From NCBI GenBank assembly GCA_965218695.1, contig OZ244651.1, positions 1,024,001 to 1,088,000 on the forward strand: 64,000 bases of DNA, written 5' to 3'. Positions 50,772 to 59,926 of this stretch are shown in pieces. Below the pieces are notes generated by a model, which was given only the letters and a program-made list of their open reading frames with translations, searched no databases and was not told the origin of the DNA. Origin of the DNA: Nitrosopumilus sp. Lineage in GTDB: Archaea > Thermoproteota > Nitrososphaeria > Nitrososphaerales > Nitrosopumilaceae. Position numbers and translations under genes: made by a program. How positions within the stretch are numbered: the first letter of the stretch is position 1; each line of letters starts with the position of its first letter.

Positions 50772-52963
50772 GTACGCGTTCACCTCCCCCCTTGCCAATT
50801 CCACGCTAGTCGGGATGTCATACATGGGCATGTGATTGACTCCATCATGGAATCATCCACCAGAAGACACGTCGGTGTGAAAATGTATGGCAATGCCATC
50901 CTGCAGGCAGGCCTGAGGCTTTTTGCGGCATGATCTGCGATGCATCCTGCCTAAGCCAAATGGTGCGGCAACGATCCGGATCTGCGGGATGTCGTGGCAC
51001 GGTTATTTGAGATTCGGAAATATCGGGGGCGGTATTCCGGACCCGAACATGTCCTGCGAGGCATCGGCAGTCACCGCGTCCCCCGAGAACATTCCAAGCT
51101 TTTCTGCCGTGGCGTGAATCGTCTGGAGTTTGGCAAAAGTGTCGGCTGCCTTCCAGTTGGGAAACGCGTGGTGTATGTCGCGCGGCCTTACGATGTGCGT
51201 TCGTACGGCCCTCTCGCACGCGTTGTTGTTGCCGTCCATTCCAGGATGCCTGATAAACTCTGTAAGGTATGGCGCGGCGCGTTCAAGCGAGCCTGCAAAA
51301 TCGCGGCTCTTCTCGTCTGAGACGCATCCGTTGCGGCAGGCATCGACGAGCGTCAGGATGCGTTTTTGCAGGGAATCCTGGCTTGATTTGACGTATTCTT
51401 CCAGTCCCGGGGTGTTTTTGACGAGTCGGCCTGCGTCGCAGGCCGACTCTTCTGCCCTGCCGGCCATCTCGAGTGCATTCCTTGCGGCGGTCTTGGCGTC
51501 CCGATATATCTTGAGCAGCGTCACGTACCACGCATACTCGAAGGAATTGACTCCGTGGCGTATGGCCAGGCCCTCGCACTTGCGAACCACGTGGACAAAG
51601 CACGTCTGAAAGTCCCCCTCAAGGGCGTTGCCGGCACGGTACATGTCTGCCACGAACGGCCTGTTCAGCACCATCCAAAGCACGTCCCTCATGGTCTCCT
51701 TGGTCTTGTCAGGCCTGATGCATACCAGCACGCAGTATTTTGAGATCAGTAGTATGGCCTGCACGTTCTTTCCTGCGACCTTTTCGCCGGACTCGTCTTC
51801 GGACACGCTTGGCGCCATGCTCATCTTTTCTGTTATCTGCGTGATGAGCGGCCGCCTCATCAGGCCGTTCCATGCGGTATGGCCGCCGGCGTCGGGTTCG
51901 GGGCGCGCAGGCGTGGGGAACGGCGCCCCGAACAAGGGAGACGGCATGTCCTCCTTTGGCTCCGGCAGCCTCGGGGCGTCTCCGAGGCTGCCGCGCGTTG
52001 CTATTGCCTCTAGGGCGTGGGATATGCACCCCAGTGATGCCCTGATGCCGTGGTTTGATGCCAGCAGGTACTGCATGCTTCTGAGCGAAACCGATACCCT
52101 GTGCATGTTGGCAATCTTCTTTCTCAGGTTGGGGCCAAACCACGTTCCGGGAATCGAGTCCGCGTCAGGATACGTGACTGCCTGGCACGTGAGGCAGTAC
52201 CCGGGCGCGATCATCTCGGCATAACAGACTGGCTTGCCGGATTCGGTGACATCTATCACCGTCTTCCAAAAGGCATCCTCGGGCAGCATGTAGGTGCCGC
52301 CGCAGTTTTTGCACATGGGCGCACTGCACATCCTGATGTCAGCCGGCCTGCGGCCGTGGGAGACTCCCGGCTGACCCGGCCGGTGTCCGGGCTTTTTGCC
52401 CGTATCTGGGGCATCGCCCGTGTCTGCCCTTACCTGCGGATCACTTTTGAAGGCTCTTCGCTTCCGGGTAAACAGCACGGCGCCCCTGGATGAATGGTTC
52501 CAACTCTCGTGGACTGAAAGTTCCCGGGCCAGCTGCTTCTTCTCTGCCTTCAGGGTCCGGATCTCCTCTGCCTGGTGCGCCGTCTCCTCGATAACGACAG
52601 CCAGCGTCTTTCCGGTGGTTCCCAGAGAGGCTGCGACCAGGCCCAGCAGGATCTCCACGATTCCCCACACGCGGCGCAGCTCTGCCTGCAGTATGATCCT
52701 TTCGGATTTCGGGACAACCATTCAGGACTGCACCTGCATCCGCCGCGACGCCGTGCAGTTTGCATTCTTAAATACGGATTCTGCGTGTGTATATTGGCGC
52801 ACGTGCGTGTGGGTCATGGTAATTCACATCTCACGTGCAGCCGTTTTAATCACCTAATCTAAAAAATCTAATTTTGTTTGTAAATTCTGACCCATCCAAT
52901 TGTCATATGTGCCAAAAGGCTCAACAGTGTCGCACCAAATGGAGGGGGGAGGTGAACGCGTAC
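50772..52963 (-). mobile_element. IS66-family element nested in the ISH3 terminal repeat
   Basis: 20-bp perfect IRs GTACGCGTTCACCTCCCCCC; 8-bp TSD CTTCTGGG (50764-71, 52964-71). Confidence 0.94.
51003..52721 (-). CDS. Divergent IS66 transposase
   Basis: PGHRPGQPG, CKNC...CLTC, EDES, VADMY, QTCFVHVVR, NNNACERAVR. Confidence 0.88.
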   Translation of the reverse strand: MVVPKSERIILQAELRRVWGIVEILLGLVAASLGTTGKTLAVVIEETAHQAEEIRTLKAEKKQLARELSVHESWNHSSRGAVLFTRKRRAFKSDPQVRADTGDAPDTGKKPGHRPGQPGVSHGRRPADIRMCSAPMCKNCGGTYMLPEDAFWKTVIDVTESGKPVCYAEMIAPGYCLTCQAVTYPDADSIPGTWFGPNLRKKIANMHRVSVSLRSMQYLLASNHGIRASLGCISHALEAIATRGSLGDAPRLPEPKEDMPSPLFGAPFPTPARPEPDAGGHTAWNGLMRRPLITQITEKMSMAPSVSEDESGEKVAGKNVQAILLISKYCVLVCIRPDKTKETMRDVLWMVLNRPFVADMYRAGNALEGDFQTCFVHVVRKCEGLAIRHGVNSFEYAWYVTLLKIYRDAKTAARNALEMAGRAEESACDAGRLVKNTPGLEEYVKSSQDSLQKRILTLVDACRNGCVSDEKSRDFAGSLERAAPYLTEFIRHPGMDGNNNACERAVRTHIVRPRDIHHAFPNWKAADTFAKLQTIHATAEKLGMFSGDAVTADASQDMFGSGIPPPIFPNLK

Positions 52964-52992
52964 CTTCTGGGAAGACTGATCTTTACAGATAA

Positions 52993-53030
52993 GTTTATAA
53001 GTATGGTATTAGTAAATTTTAAATATTATA
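52993..53030 (+). promoter_or_regulatory. TATA-like boxes upstream of tfb
   Basis: TTTATAA near 52994 and TTTAAATA near 53018, about 25-55 nt before the start. Confidence 0.55.
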
Positions 53031-53050
53031 ATGAAAGGTTTTGGGAGAAT

Positions 53051-53959
53051 ATGGTAAACGCAATGAATCCAAAGGATCGGTGTCCTCGATGTGGCCAGAG
53101 CACCCTTGTTACAGATGCCAATACGGGCGAGAATTTCTGTGGCAAGTGCGGTTTTGTCATAACCGACAAGGTTGAGGAGTCGGGGCCTGAATGGAGATCG
53201 TTTTCAAACGAGGGTGAAAACAAGAGCAGGACCGGGGTGCCAACATCGCTTGCCATGCATGACATGGGACTGGCAACTGTGATTAATCCTCAGAATAGAG
53301 ACGCGACGGGAAAGCCGCTAACGGCCTCCATGAAGAGCACCATTGAGAGGCTGCGGACATGGGACAGCCGGAGCCAGGTTCACGAACCTGTGGACAGGAA
53401 CTTTCGGCAGGCCTTCAGCGAACTTGACCGTCTCAAGGACAAGCTGGCAGTAGGGGATGCCGTGATTGAAAAGGCCGCCTACATCTATAGAAAGGCACTT
53501 GAGAAGGGACTGGTGAGGGGGCGTTCCATTTCGGCCCTTATCGCATCTGCGCTTTATGCAGCATGCCGTGACACTGAAACGCCAAGAACACTAAAGGACA
53601 TAGGCCAGGCAAGCAACATCAAGCGAAAGGATATTGCAAGATGCTACCGGCTGCTCCTGAGGGAACTGAACCTAAAGATGCCCGTAGTCGATCCAATCAA
53701 GTGCATCTCAAGAATCGCAAGCAAGGCCGGACTCTCAGAGAAGACCAAGAGAAAGGCCACCAAGATTCTGCAGATAGCAGAGGAGAACAAGATATCTGCC
53801 GGAAAGGATCCCATGGGACTGGCAGCGGCGGCCCTGTACGTGGCATGCGTTACCAACGGGGAGAACAAGACCCAGAGGGACGTTGCAGAGGCTGCCGGGG
53901 TGACAGAGGTGACCATCCGAAACAGGTACAAGGGCCTAAAGGTTGCACTAAACCTCTAG
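53051..53959 (+). CDS. tfb: Transcription initiation factor IIB
   Basis: CPRC...CGKCG zinc ribbon, GPEWRSF, two cyclin repeats, VTEVTIRNRY. Confidence 0.97.
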   Translation: MVNAMNPKDRCPRCGQSTLVTDANTGENFCGKCGFVITDKVEESGPEWRSFSNEGENKSRTGVPTSLAMHDMGLATVINPQNRDATGKPLTASMKSTIERLRTWDSRSQVHEPVDRNFRQAFSELDRLKDKLAVGDAVIEKAAYIYRKALEKGLVRGRSISALIASALYAACRDTETPRTLKDIGQASNIKRKDIARCYRLLLRELNLKMPVVDPIKCISRIASKAGLSEKTKRKATKILQIAEENKISAGKDPMGLAAAALYVACVTNGENKTQRDVAEAAGVTEVTIRNRYKGLKVALNL

Positions 53960-54937
53960 GTTCCGGGCTCTTTTTGCACAGAACTTGTCTGCAAGTATTA
54001 TGGCCGTCGATATCACGCCTGAGGCCAGCAGGAGAATCTCCAGCGACGGCATCAGGGAATGTGAGAATGCATCCTCGATGCTGATCAGGTTCAGCTGGGC
54101 TACCATGTTGGCATATGCGTATATGAAATAATTTGTGGCCCAGTGAATCACGAGTGCGCTTACAAAGCCGTACCTGACATATACCCAGCCCAGGATGATT
54201 CCTCCGACTGTGGCTTGGGCAAACTTGCCCTCGGACCATGCCTGGCCAAACGCGATGTGGGAAAGGCCAAACAGCACGCCGACTGCAACGATCAAGATGA
54301 TCGCCTTTCTGTAGTCGGCAATTTCCAGCTTGGACGGGTTCCACAGGCACTCCAGAAGATATCTTGCAGAGGATCTGTAGGAGTACAGGGCAAACAGCGG
54401 AATCCCGATCAGGATGATGCGGAATCCAAACTCTTCAAACAGGGGGGCTGCCGTGATGTACAGGAACTGAACCAGGTTGTTTACCTCAAGCTGCGCAACG
54501 GTTGTAATCCCAAACCACTCCTGGACATAATTGATTATTGCAGAGACCAGAACCAGGACGGAGAACCATTTCGTAGCCCCGAGCATGTAGTTTTTTCTGA
54601 CATCCAGCCTCCCAAGCTGGATTATGGGAGAAAATGATCTTAAAAATCCGTATTTTGGACCCATGGTTGCAATTACAAATATTATCACGTACAGGGCCCA
54701 CAAGACGACAAACGCATCCCCTATGCTGACATCAAACGGAACATTGGCAAGCATGGTTCCCTTGAGGATGCCCAAATGGGTCAGGGGAAAATCATAGTTA
54801 ATGTCCCCCCCGATGTCGCTTTCAAATACGACAAAAATTCCAATGGGAAACGATATGAGAAACAGTCCAAAGACGACTGATAAAAGTGCCGTGAACGGAA
54901 TCCCAATGGATGCAATCAGTCTGTTTTTGGCTTGCAA
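53948..54937 (-). CDS. CPBP (CAAX/Abi) intramembrane glutamic endopeptidase
   Basis: EEFGFR, FGLSH, HWATN motifs. Confidence 0.9.
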   Translation of the reverse strand: MQAKNRLIASIGIPFTALLSVVFGLFLISFPIGIFVVFESDIGGDINYDFPLTHLGILKGTMLANVPFDVSIGDAFVVLWALYVIIFVIATMGPKYGFLRSFSPIIQLGRLDVRKNYMLGATKWFSVLVLVSAIINYVQEWFGITTVAQLEVNNLVQFLYITAAPLFEEFGFRIILIGIPLFALYSYRSSARYLLECLWNPSKLEIADYRKAIILIVAVGVLFGLSHIAFGQAWSEGKFAQATVGGIILGWVYVRYGFVSALVIHWATNYFIYAYANMVAQLNLISIEDAFSHSLMPSLEILLLASGVISTAIILADKFCAKRARNLEV

Positions 54938-54943
54938 CTTGTC

Positions 54944-55252
54944 CTAGTGCAGCTCTATGCTGTCATCGGCAAATCCCAGACCGATCAGTGTGTCCTTGAT
55001 GGTATCTCTGTGATCGCCCTGCAAGAAGATGTAGCCCTCCTTTGCAGTTCCGCCACATGCATACTTGTTCTTAAGTTCCTTGGCAACAGTCTCTAGATTG
55101 TTTAGCTTGGGATCCAGGCCCTCTATCATGGTGCCCTTCTTCTTAAACCGCCTAGTCTCCAATCTGATTATAATCTTGGTATTGTCTTTGGCAAGTTCGC
55201 CACAAGCACACAAATCTTCCGGAAGACCACAAGTATTACAGATTACTGCCAT
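54944..55252 (-). CDS. Translation initiation factor aIF1/SUI1
   Basis: CNTCGLP..LC.C, LKNKYACGGT, LQGDHR motifs. Confidence 0.95.
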   Translation of the reverse strand: MAVICNTCGLPEDLCACGELAKDNTKIIIRLETRRFKKKGTMIEGLDPKLNNLETVAKELKNKYACGGTAKEGYIFLQGDHRDTIKDTLIGLGFADDSIELH

Positions 55253-55539
55253 TCGTTCTACATGAATTGATCTGTACGTACTATTAAGCATTGTTTAGAA
55301 AACCCACTCGTCATCTTGCACCGTTTGGCACCTTCAAATTAGGATAATGTGGGATGAAAATCCCGCCACATGCCTGGAAACGGACGTTACTGATCCGGCC
55401 TGCCATTTACGCTCTGTCGCCGATGGCATGCCCATGGGGGCGGGGGTGAACAACTCTCGGGATCCTGCAAGAATGCTAAATCTTTGAAAAAGTAATATGT
55501 AACAACGTCTCTATTCTTACTGTCCTAGGTGAAAATGAT

Positions 55540-56460
55540 ATGATTACAGTGCTTGCAGGGGGAACAGGTTCAGTCAAACTGGTAAGAGGACTGGCAGCAC
55601 AGGAATCCAAGGTAAACGTGATCAGCAACGTGGGCGACAACTACTGGTTGTATGGACTCTACATCTGTCCGGATATCGACACGATAGTGTACGGACTGGC
55701 TGATCTTCTTGATCAAGACAAGGGATGGGGGGTCAAGAAGGACACGTTTAACTTTCTGCGTCAGATGGAGGTATTTGGAGAGGAGACGTGGTTCCGGATA
55801 GGCGACAGGGATGCTGCAACGCATCTGATCAGAACCAACATGCTCAAGAATGGAAAAAACCTAAGCGAGATTACAAAATGGATGTGTGAAAAATTTGCAG
55901 TAAGCGCAAACATTATTCCGGTAACTGACAATACCATTGAGACAAGAATCATCACAGACAAGAGCGAGATGCATCTGCAGGAGTATTGGGTAAAGCACAG
56001 GGGAAGGAAGCCTGTGGAGGGAATCCAGTATGTCGGGGCAGACAAGGCGCGTCCCAACCCTGAAGTGGTAAACGCAATTCATGATGCAAGCCTTGTGATT
56101 CTGGCACCCGGAAACCCGCTGACATCCATAGGCCCCATGCTACAGATAAAGGGGATCCGAAAGGAGCTCTCAAAGATAAAGAGGAAGGTAGTTGCAGTAA
56201 GCCCACTGATCGGAAACGAATCCATTACGGGACCGGCTGCAAAATACATGCAGGCTGCAGGAATAGAGTCCAATGCATACGGCCTGGCGAAAATGTATTC
56301 GGACGTATGCTCAAACATAATCATCGACACCAAGGACAGGGCGCTTACAAAGAAGATCCAAAGTCTGAACATGAGGGTATTTGAAACCCGAATCACCATG
56401 AAGACCAAACCTGCCGAAGAGACACTGGCAGGCTTTATCCTAAAACAAGTGCACGTGTGA
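55540..56460 (+). CDS. cofD: 2-phospho-L-lactate transferase (F420 biosynthesis)
   Basis: LAGGTG, PDIDT, GDRDAATH, HLQEYW, PGNPLTSIGP motifs. Confidence 0.94.
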   Translation: MITVLAGGTGSVKLVRGLAAQESKVNVISNVGDNYWLYGLYICPDIDTIVYGLADLLDQDKGWGVKKDTFNFLRQMEVFGEETWFRIGDRDAATHLIRTNMLKNGKNLSEITKWMCEKFAVSANIIPVTDNTIETRIITDKSEMHLQEYWVKHRGRKPVEGIQYVGADKARPNPEVVNAIHDASLVILAPGNPLTSIGPMLQIKGIRKELSKIKRKVVAVSPLIGNESITGPAAKYMQAAGIESNAYGLAKMYSDVCSNIIIDTKDRALTKKIQSLNMRVFETRITMKTKPAEETLAGFILKQVHV

Positions 56461-56461
56461 C

Positions 56462-57094
56462 TTGAAGACTGCAGCAATAATCCCGGTGAAGACGTTCTCC
56501 AAGGCAAAGACGCGCTTGAAGTTGCCCGAACACACAGTCAGGGATCTGTGCAGGACGATGCTGGAGGAAATTCTGTACACCGTCTCAACCTCGCCGCGGA
56601 TTGACAGGACCGTAATAGTGACGATGGAGCCGGAGGCCATAAGCATTGCAGAGCGATTCAATTCTGTCACCATAACGGATCGGGAGGAGGGGGTCAATGC
56701 GGCAGTGGCACTTGCAGACCGGTACCTTTTGGAGAGCGGTTTTGATGCGTCAATCGTATTCCCGCAGGATATCCCCTACATCAAGGCACAGGACATTGAT
56801 TTCATGCTAAACTACATGACGCCGCCAAGCTTTGCAATCATCGTCCCGTCTAGAAGGTTTGACGGGACAAACGCACTGATGAGGATGCCGGTAGACCTGA
56901 TGGAGACGCACTACGATCAGAACAGCTACAGGGCACACATGAACACTGCCAAGATGCACACGCTCAATGCCGCAATGGTCTTTGTAAAGAGGATCATGTG
57001 GGATGTTGACAGCATGGGGGATCTAAGATTCCTTTTGGAACAAAATGAAAAGCCGCACCTTGCAGAGAAGATAAAAAAGATCCTCAAAGCCTGA
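56462..57094 (+). CDS. cofC: 2-phospho-L-lactate guanylyltransferase
   Basis: IIPVK...AKTRL, DIP, GTNAL, DVD...DL motifs. Confidence 0.92.
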   Translation: MKTAAIIPVKTFSKAKTRLKLPEHTVRDLCRTMLEEILYTVSTSPRIDRTVIVTMEPEAISIAERFNSVTITDREEGVNAAVALADRYLLESGFDASIVFPQDIPYIKAQDIDFMLNYMTPPSFAIIVPSRRFDGTNALMRMPVDLMETHYDQNSYRAHMNTAKMHTLNAAMVFVKRIMWDVDSMGDLRFLLEQNEKPHLAEKIKKILKA

Positions 57095-57227
57095 ATTTAC
57101 CCATTGGGCCTCCTGCAGGAACCGGACATGGCCGGATCCGATAAGCGCACCCCGCGTCCCTGCATGCCCGCTCTGCGGCGTGGCGCCATAAATCAACAAG
57201 GGGTGCAGTCAGGTGCTGGTTCCTGAA

Positions 57228-57560
57228 TCACGTCGGAACGTCCTTGATCCTCTTCAAGGTATCTAGATGCATGTTGATGGATTTTAAGATCTCCTGCTGC
57301 CTTTCATTACTGCCTGCATGCTCCAACTCCCCTGAGAGGACTCTTATCTTTTCGTTGATTATTTCTGCCAGGGACGATACCGTGTCCTGGTCACCGTCCT
57401 GTGGCATGTCCCTTTTTTCCGGCTCCCTGCCACAGCCGATACACAAGGCATGCCCGTCTTTGATCACCCGGACTCCTGCACAGTACGGGCACGGCTGTCC
57501 AAGCAGCGTGGCACCGTCCAGCAGCATCTTGGCTGCCCTCCTTGTAAGATCCTTTGACAC
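57228..57560 (-). CDS. Autoantigen p27 (SSSCA1) zinc-finger domain protein
   Basis: LLDGATLL..PCPYC...LCIGC pattern. Confidence 0.85.
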   Translation of the reverse strand: MSKDLTRRAAKMLLDGATLLGQPCPYCAGVRVIKDGHALCIGCGREPEKRDMPQDGDQDTVSSLAEIINEKIRVLSGELEHAGSNERQQEILKSINMHLDTLKRIKDVPT

Positions 57561-57581
57561 AAGTTTCAGTCGGTATTCTGC

Positions 57582-57819
57582 CTAAAAAATCTCTTGATCT
57601 CCGGCATCGTTGCAGGGCCGTCGCGCATCTGCGGCGAGGCCTGTTACGACCACGGCAGCAGACAAAATTCCATGACGCACTCCCTGTCGGGGGACGTATC
57701 CTGAATTCATACCGCCTGGCATCCGACCCGTCGCCATTCTGGCAGCCCTTGTCTGCAGTTGCGCACGATATTCCACAACACCACCTGGCATTACCGTGTC
57801 GGGATCTGCCAGACTCCTC
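57582..57819 (-). pseudogene. Probable decayed remnant of a ThiF/UbaA (E1-like) domain once fused to the SAMP
   Basis: After GG-SDLS-stop the sequence reads EESGRSR, then in a shifted frame TVMPGGVVEYRAQLQ. This resembles the E1 start LS..E..RY/FSRQ..L..IG..GQ..L. Confidence 0.5.
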
Positions 57820-58110
57820 TTAGGAAAGATCAGAGCCTCCTGCAACCGCAGGCAGTATGTATATCTCGTCACCGTCTTTGAGCGCAGTCTTCATCCCTTC
57901 TGAGAATTTTGCATTCTTGCCGTTGACGTATACGTTGATGAGTGATCTGGGGGTCCCGTCAGCCTCCAAAACGCGCCTTTCAAAGTCGTCACCCATGACT
58001 TTGACCGTTTTGGCAAAGGCATCTGCCAGAGAGTCTGCAGAGATCTGCATCTTTTTCTCCCCGCCGCCACGGTTCAGAACCGAAGGGATAACAAATGTAA
58101 TGTCTGTCAT
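57820..58110 (-). CDS. MoaD/ThiS/SAMP ubiquitin-like sulfur carrier with 4-aa extension after GG
   Basis: INVYVNG...LKDGDEIYILPAVAGG-SDLS*. Confidence 0.9.
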   Translation of the reverse strand: MTDITFVIPSVLNRGGGEKKMQISADSLADAFAKTVKVMGDDFERRVLEADGTPRSLINVYVNGKNAKFSEGMKTALKDGDEIYILPAVAGGSDLS

Positions 58111-59324
58111 CAGTTGACCGCCGCCGATACCTCTTGGATGTTTGCCCTGACTTCTGCTGGCCTCTTGAGCACCCGCATTATCGCCTCTGTGGCCTTGAGT
58201 CCGTTGCCGGTCACATAACACACCACGGTCTGATCCGGATCAATCTCCTGCCGTTGGACCATCTTTTGAAGGGCTGCCACTGCCACGCCTCCTGCAGGTT
58301 CGGTAAATATGCCTTCAGTCCTTGCCAAGAGTATGATCCCCTCGAGAATCTCCTCGTCATCTGACTCTACTGCAGTGCCATCGTACTGCCCGAGTCGTTT
58401 GAGTACGTACCTGCCGTCGCCGGGATCCCCTATTGCCAGACTCTTTGCAATTGTGTCCGGTTGCTCCACCGGGGTCACATGAGTGCTGTTGCGGTTAAAG
58501 GCATCAACTACGGGCGCACAGCCGTGGGGCTGTGCCGCACTCACATGCATGCCTGACACATCCTCAGTCAGCGAGACCTCCTGCAGTTCCTCAAATCCCT
58601 TGCAGATGGCATTGAGCATTGCGCCGCTCCCGACCGGAACGATCAGGTGATCCGGAACCTTCCAGTCCAGCTGCTCGGCAACCTCGTATGCAAGGGTCTT
58701 GGAGCCCTCGACATAGTATGATCTCAGATTGATGTTGACTATTCCGATCCTCTTGCGCTCGCCGATATTTGCTGCCAGCGTGTTTGCATCGTCATATGTC
58801 CCCCTGACCGGGATGTAGTTTGCCCCGTATGAAAGCGCCTGGGCCATCTTTGCAGTCTCTATGTCTGCCGGGGCAAACACGTGACAGTCAAGTCCGGCCT
58901 TTGCCGCATGCGCTGCAGTCGCAGATGCAAGGTTCCCGGTGGATGCGCATCCCACAGAATGTATGCCCAGTTCCCCTGCCTTGGAGACTGCCACGCCTGC
59001 CGGCCTGTCCTTGAACGAGTACGTCGGGTTTACGGAGTCATTTTTAATGTACAGGTTTTTGAGTCCCAGGGCCTTCCCGAGCCGTTCGGCCTTTGTGAGG
59101 GGGGTCATGCCTGCACCAATACTCACTATGCTGGATTTATTCTCTATTGGCAGCATCTCAAAGTACCGCCAGTATGTCTGCTGGCGGCCTGCAAACATGT
59201 CCCGGGTAATCTTGGGAAAGTTGTACCTTACATCAAGCGGACCAAAGCATTCATCGCAGACGTACTTGAATGACGTCTCATACCGCCTTTTACACTCCCT
59301 GCACTCTAGAAACAATCGTCCCAT
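58110..59324 (-). CDS. thrC: Threonine synthase (zinc-ribbon type, PLP fold II)
   Basis: CREC...CDEC, NPTYSFKDR, ASTGN, EGSKT, PVGSG, TGNGLK motifs. Confidence 0.9.
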   Translation of the reverse strand: MGRLFLECRECKRRYETSFKYVCDECFGPLDVRYNFPKITRDMFAGRQQTYWRYFEMLPIENKSSIVSIGAGMTPLTKAERLGKALGLKNLYIKNDSVNPTYSFKDRPAGVAVSKAGELGIHSVGCASTGNLASATAAHAAKAGLDCHVFAPADIETAKMAQALSYGANYIPVRGTYDDANTLAANIGERKRIGIVNINLRSYYVEGSKTLAYEVAEQLDWKVPDHLIVPVGSGAMLNAICKGFEELQEVSLTEDVSGMHVSAAQPHGCAPVVDAFNRNSTHVTPVEQPDTIAKSLAIGDPGDGRYVLKRLGQYDGTAVESDDEEILEGIILLARTEGIFTEPAGGVAVAALQKMVQRQEIDPDQTVVCYVTGNGLKATEAIMRVLKRPAEVRANIQEVSAAVN

Positions 59325-59459
59325 GTCAAGAAACTCGGCTGAAACCATACTTAAAACGTCCTAATATTGAATCAAGTGTTACTTAATTTCATCCTGAAAA
59401 AATTCAGTACTATATATAAGGACAAACCGTGTACGGAGCCATTTCTGGAACGTGTGGTC

Positions 59460-59789
59460 TCATTTGGCCAATTTGTTGTGAAAGCAGCTGGGATCCCCCT
59501 TGTGACAGGCCGGCCCTGCAGGTTCAACCAGGTATATCAGCGCATCCGAGTCACAGTCGACTAGAATATCCCTGACATGCTGGACGTTCCCTGATGTCTC
59601 GCCCTTCATCCACAGTTTCTTCCTCGAGCGGCTGTAAAACCATGATTTGGCCGTCTTTATAGTAAGGCCAAGGGATTCCCTGTTGGTGTATGCAAGGGTA
59701 AGTATCTGGTGCGTGCTGGCGTTTTGTACTATTACCGGAACCAGTCCGTCCCCCCTCTCAAAGTCGATCTCGTCAATTGATTGTATCAT
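59460..59789 (-). CDS. hisI: Phosphoribosyl-AMP cyclohydrolase
   Basis: SRSR..LW.KGETSG, DCDSD, ACH...SCF motifs. Confidence 0.96.
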   Translation of the reverse strand: MIQSIDEIDFERGDGLVPVIVQNASTHQILTLAYTNRESLGLTIKTAKSWFYSRSRKKLWMKGETSGNVQHVRDILVDCDSDALIYLVEPAGPACHKGDPSCFHNKLAK

Positions 59790-59926
59790 GTGTATGTGGC
59801 ATGGGATGAACTCTAATTATAACGAAACTGTACAGATCTGGTGCATGTCTGTGTTCTAATCCAAAACAGATGCAAATAATTTTACCTTCAGGATAGGTTT
59901 ATTACCATAATTTACACAAAACTTGC

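Larger units (their letters stand above)
49487..52978 (-). mobile_element. ISH3/IS4-like element carrying a nested IS66 in one terminal repeat
   Basis: Ends CAGTCTTCCCAGAAG / CTTCTGGGAAGACTG; 6-bp TSD ATCTTT (49481-86, 52979-84). Confidence 0.9.

Noticed and set aside
50770-52965. Reading the nested element as a TA-targeting IS630/mariner type
   Set aside because: The 8-bp CTTCTGGG duplication, GTAC termini and IS66 transposase explain the junctions and restore the ISH3 IR exactly.
52874-53050. N-terminal extension of TFB in the ORF track
   Set aside because: Lies in IS66/ISH3 end sequence and the promoter; TFB homology begins at 53051-53063.
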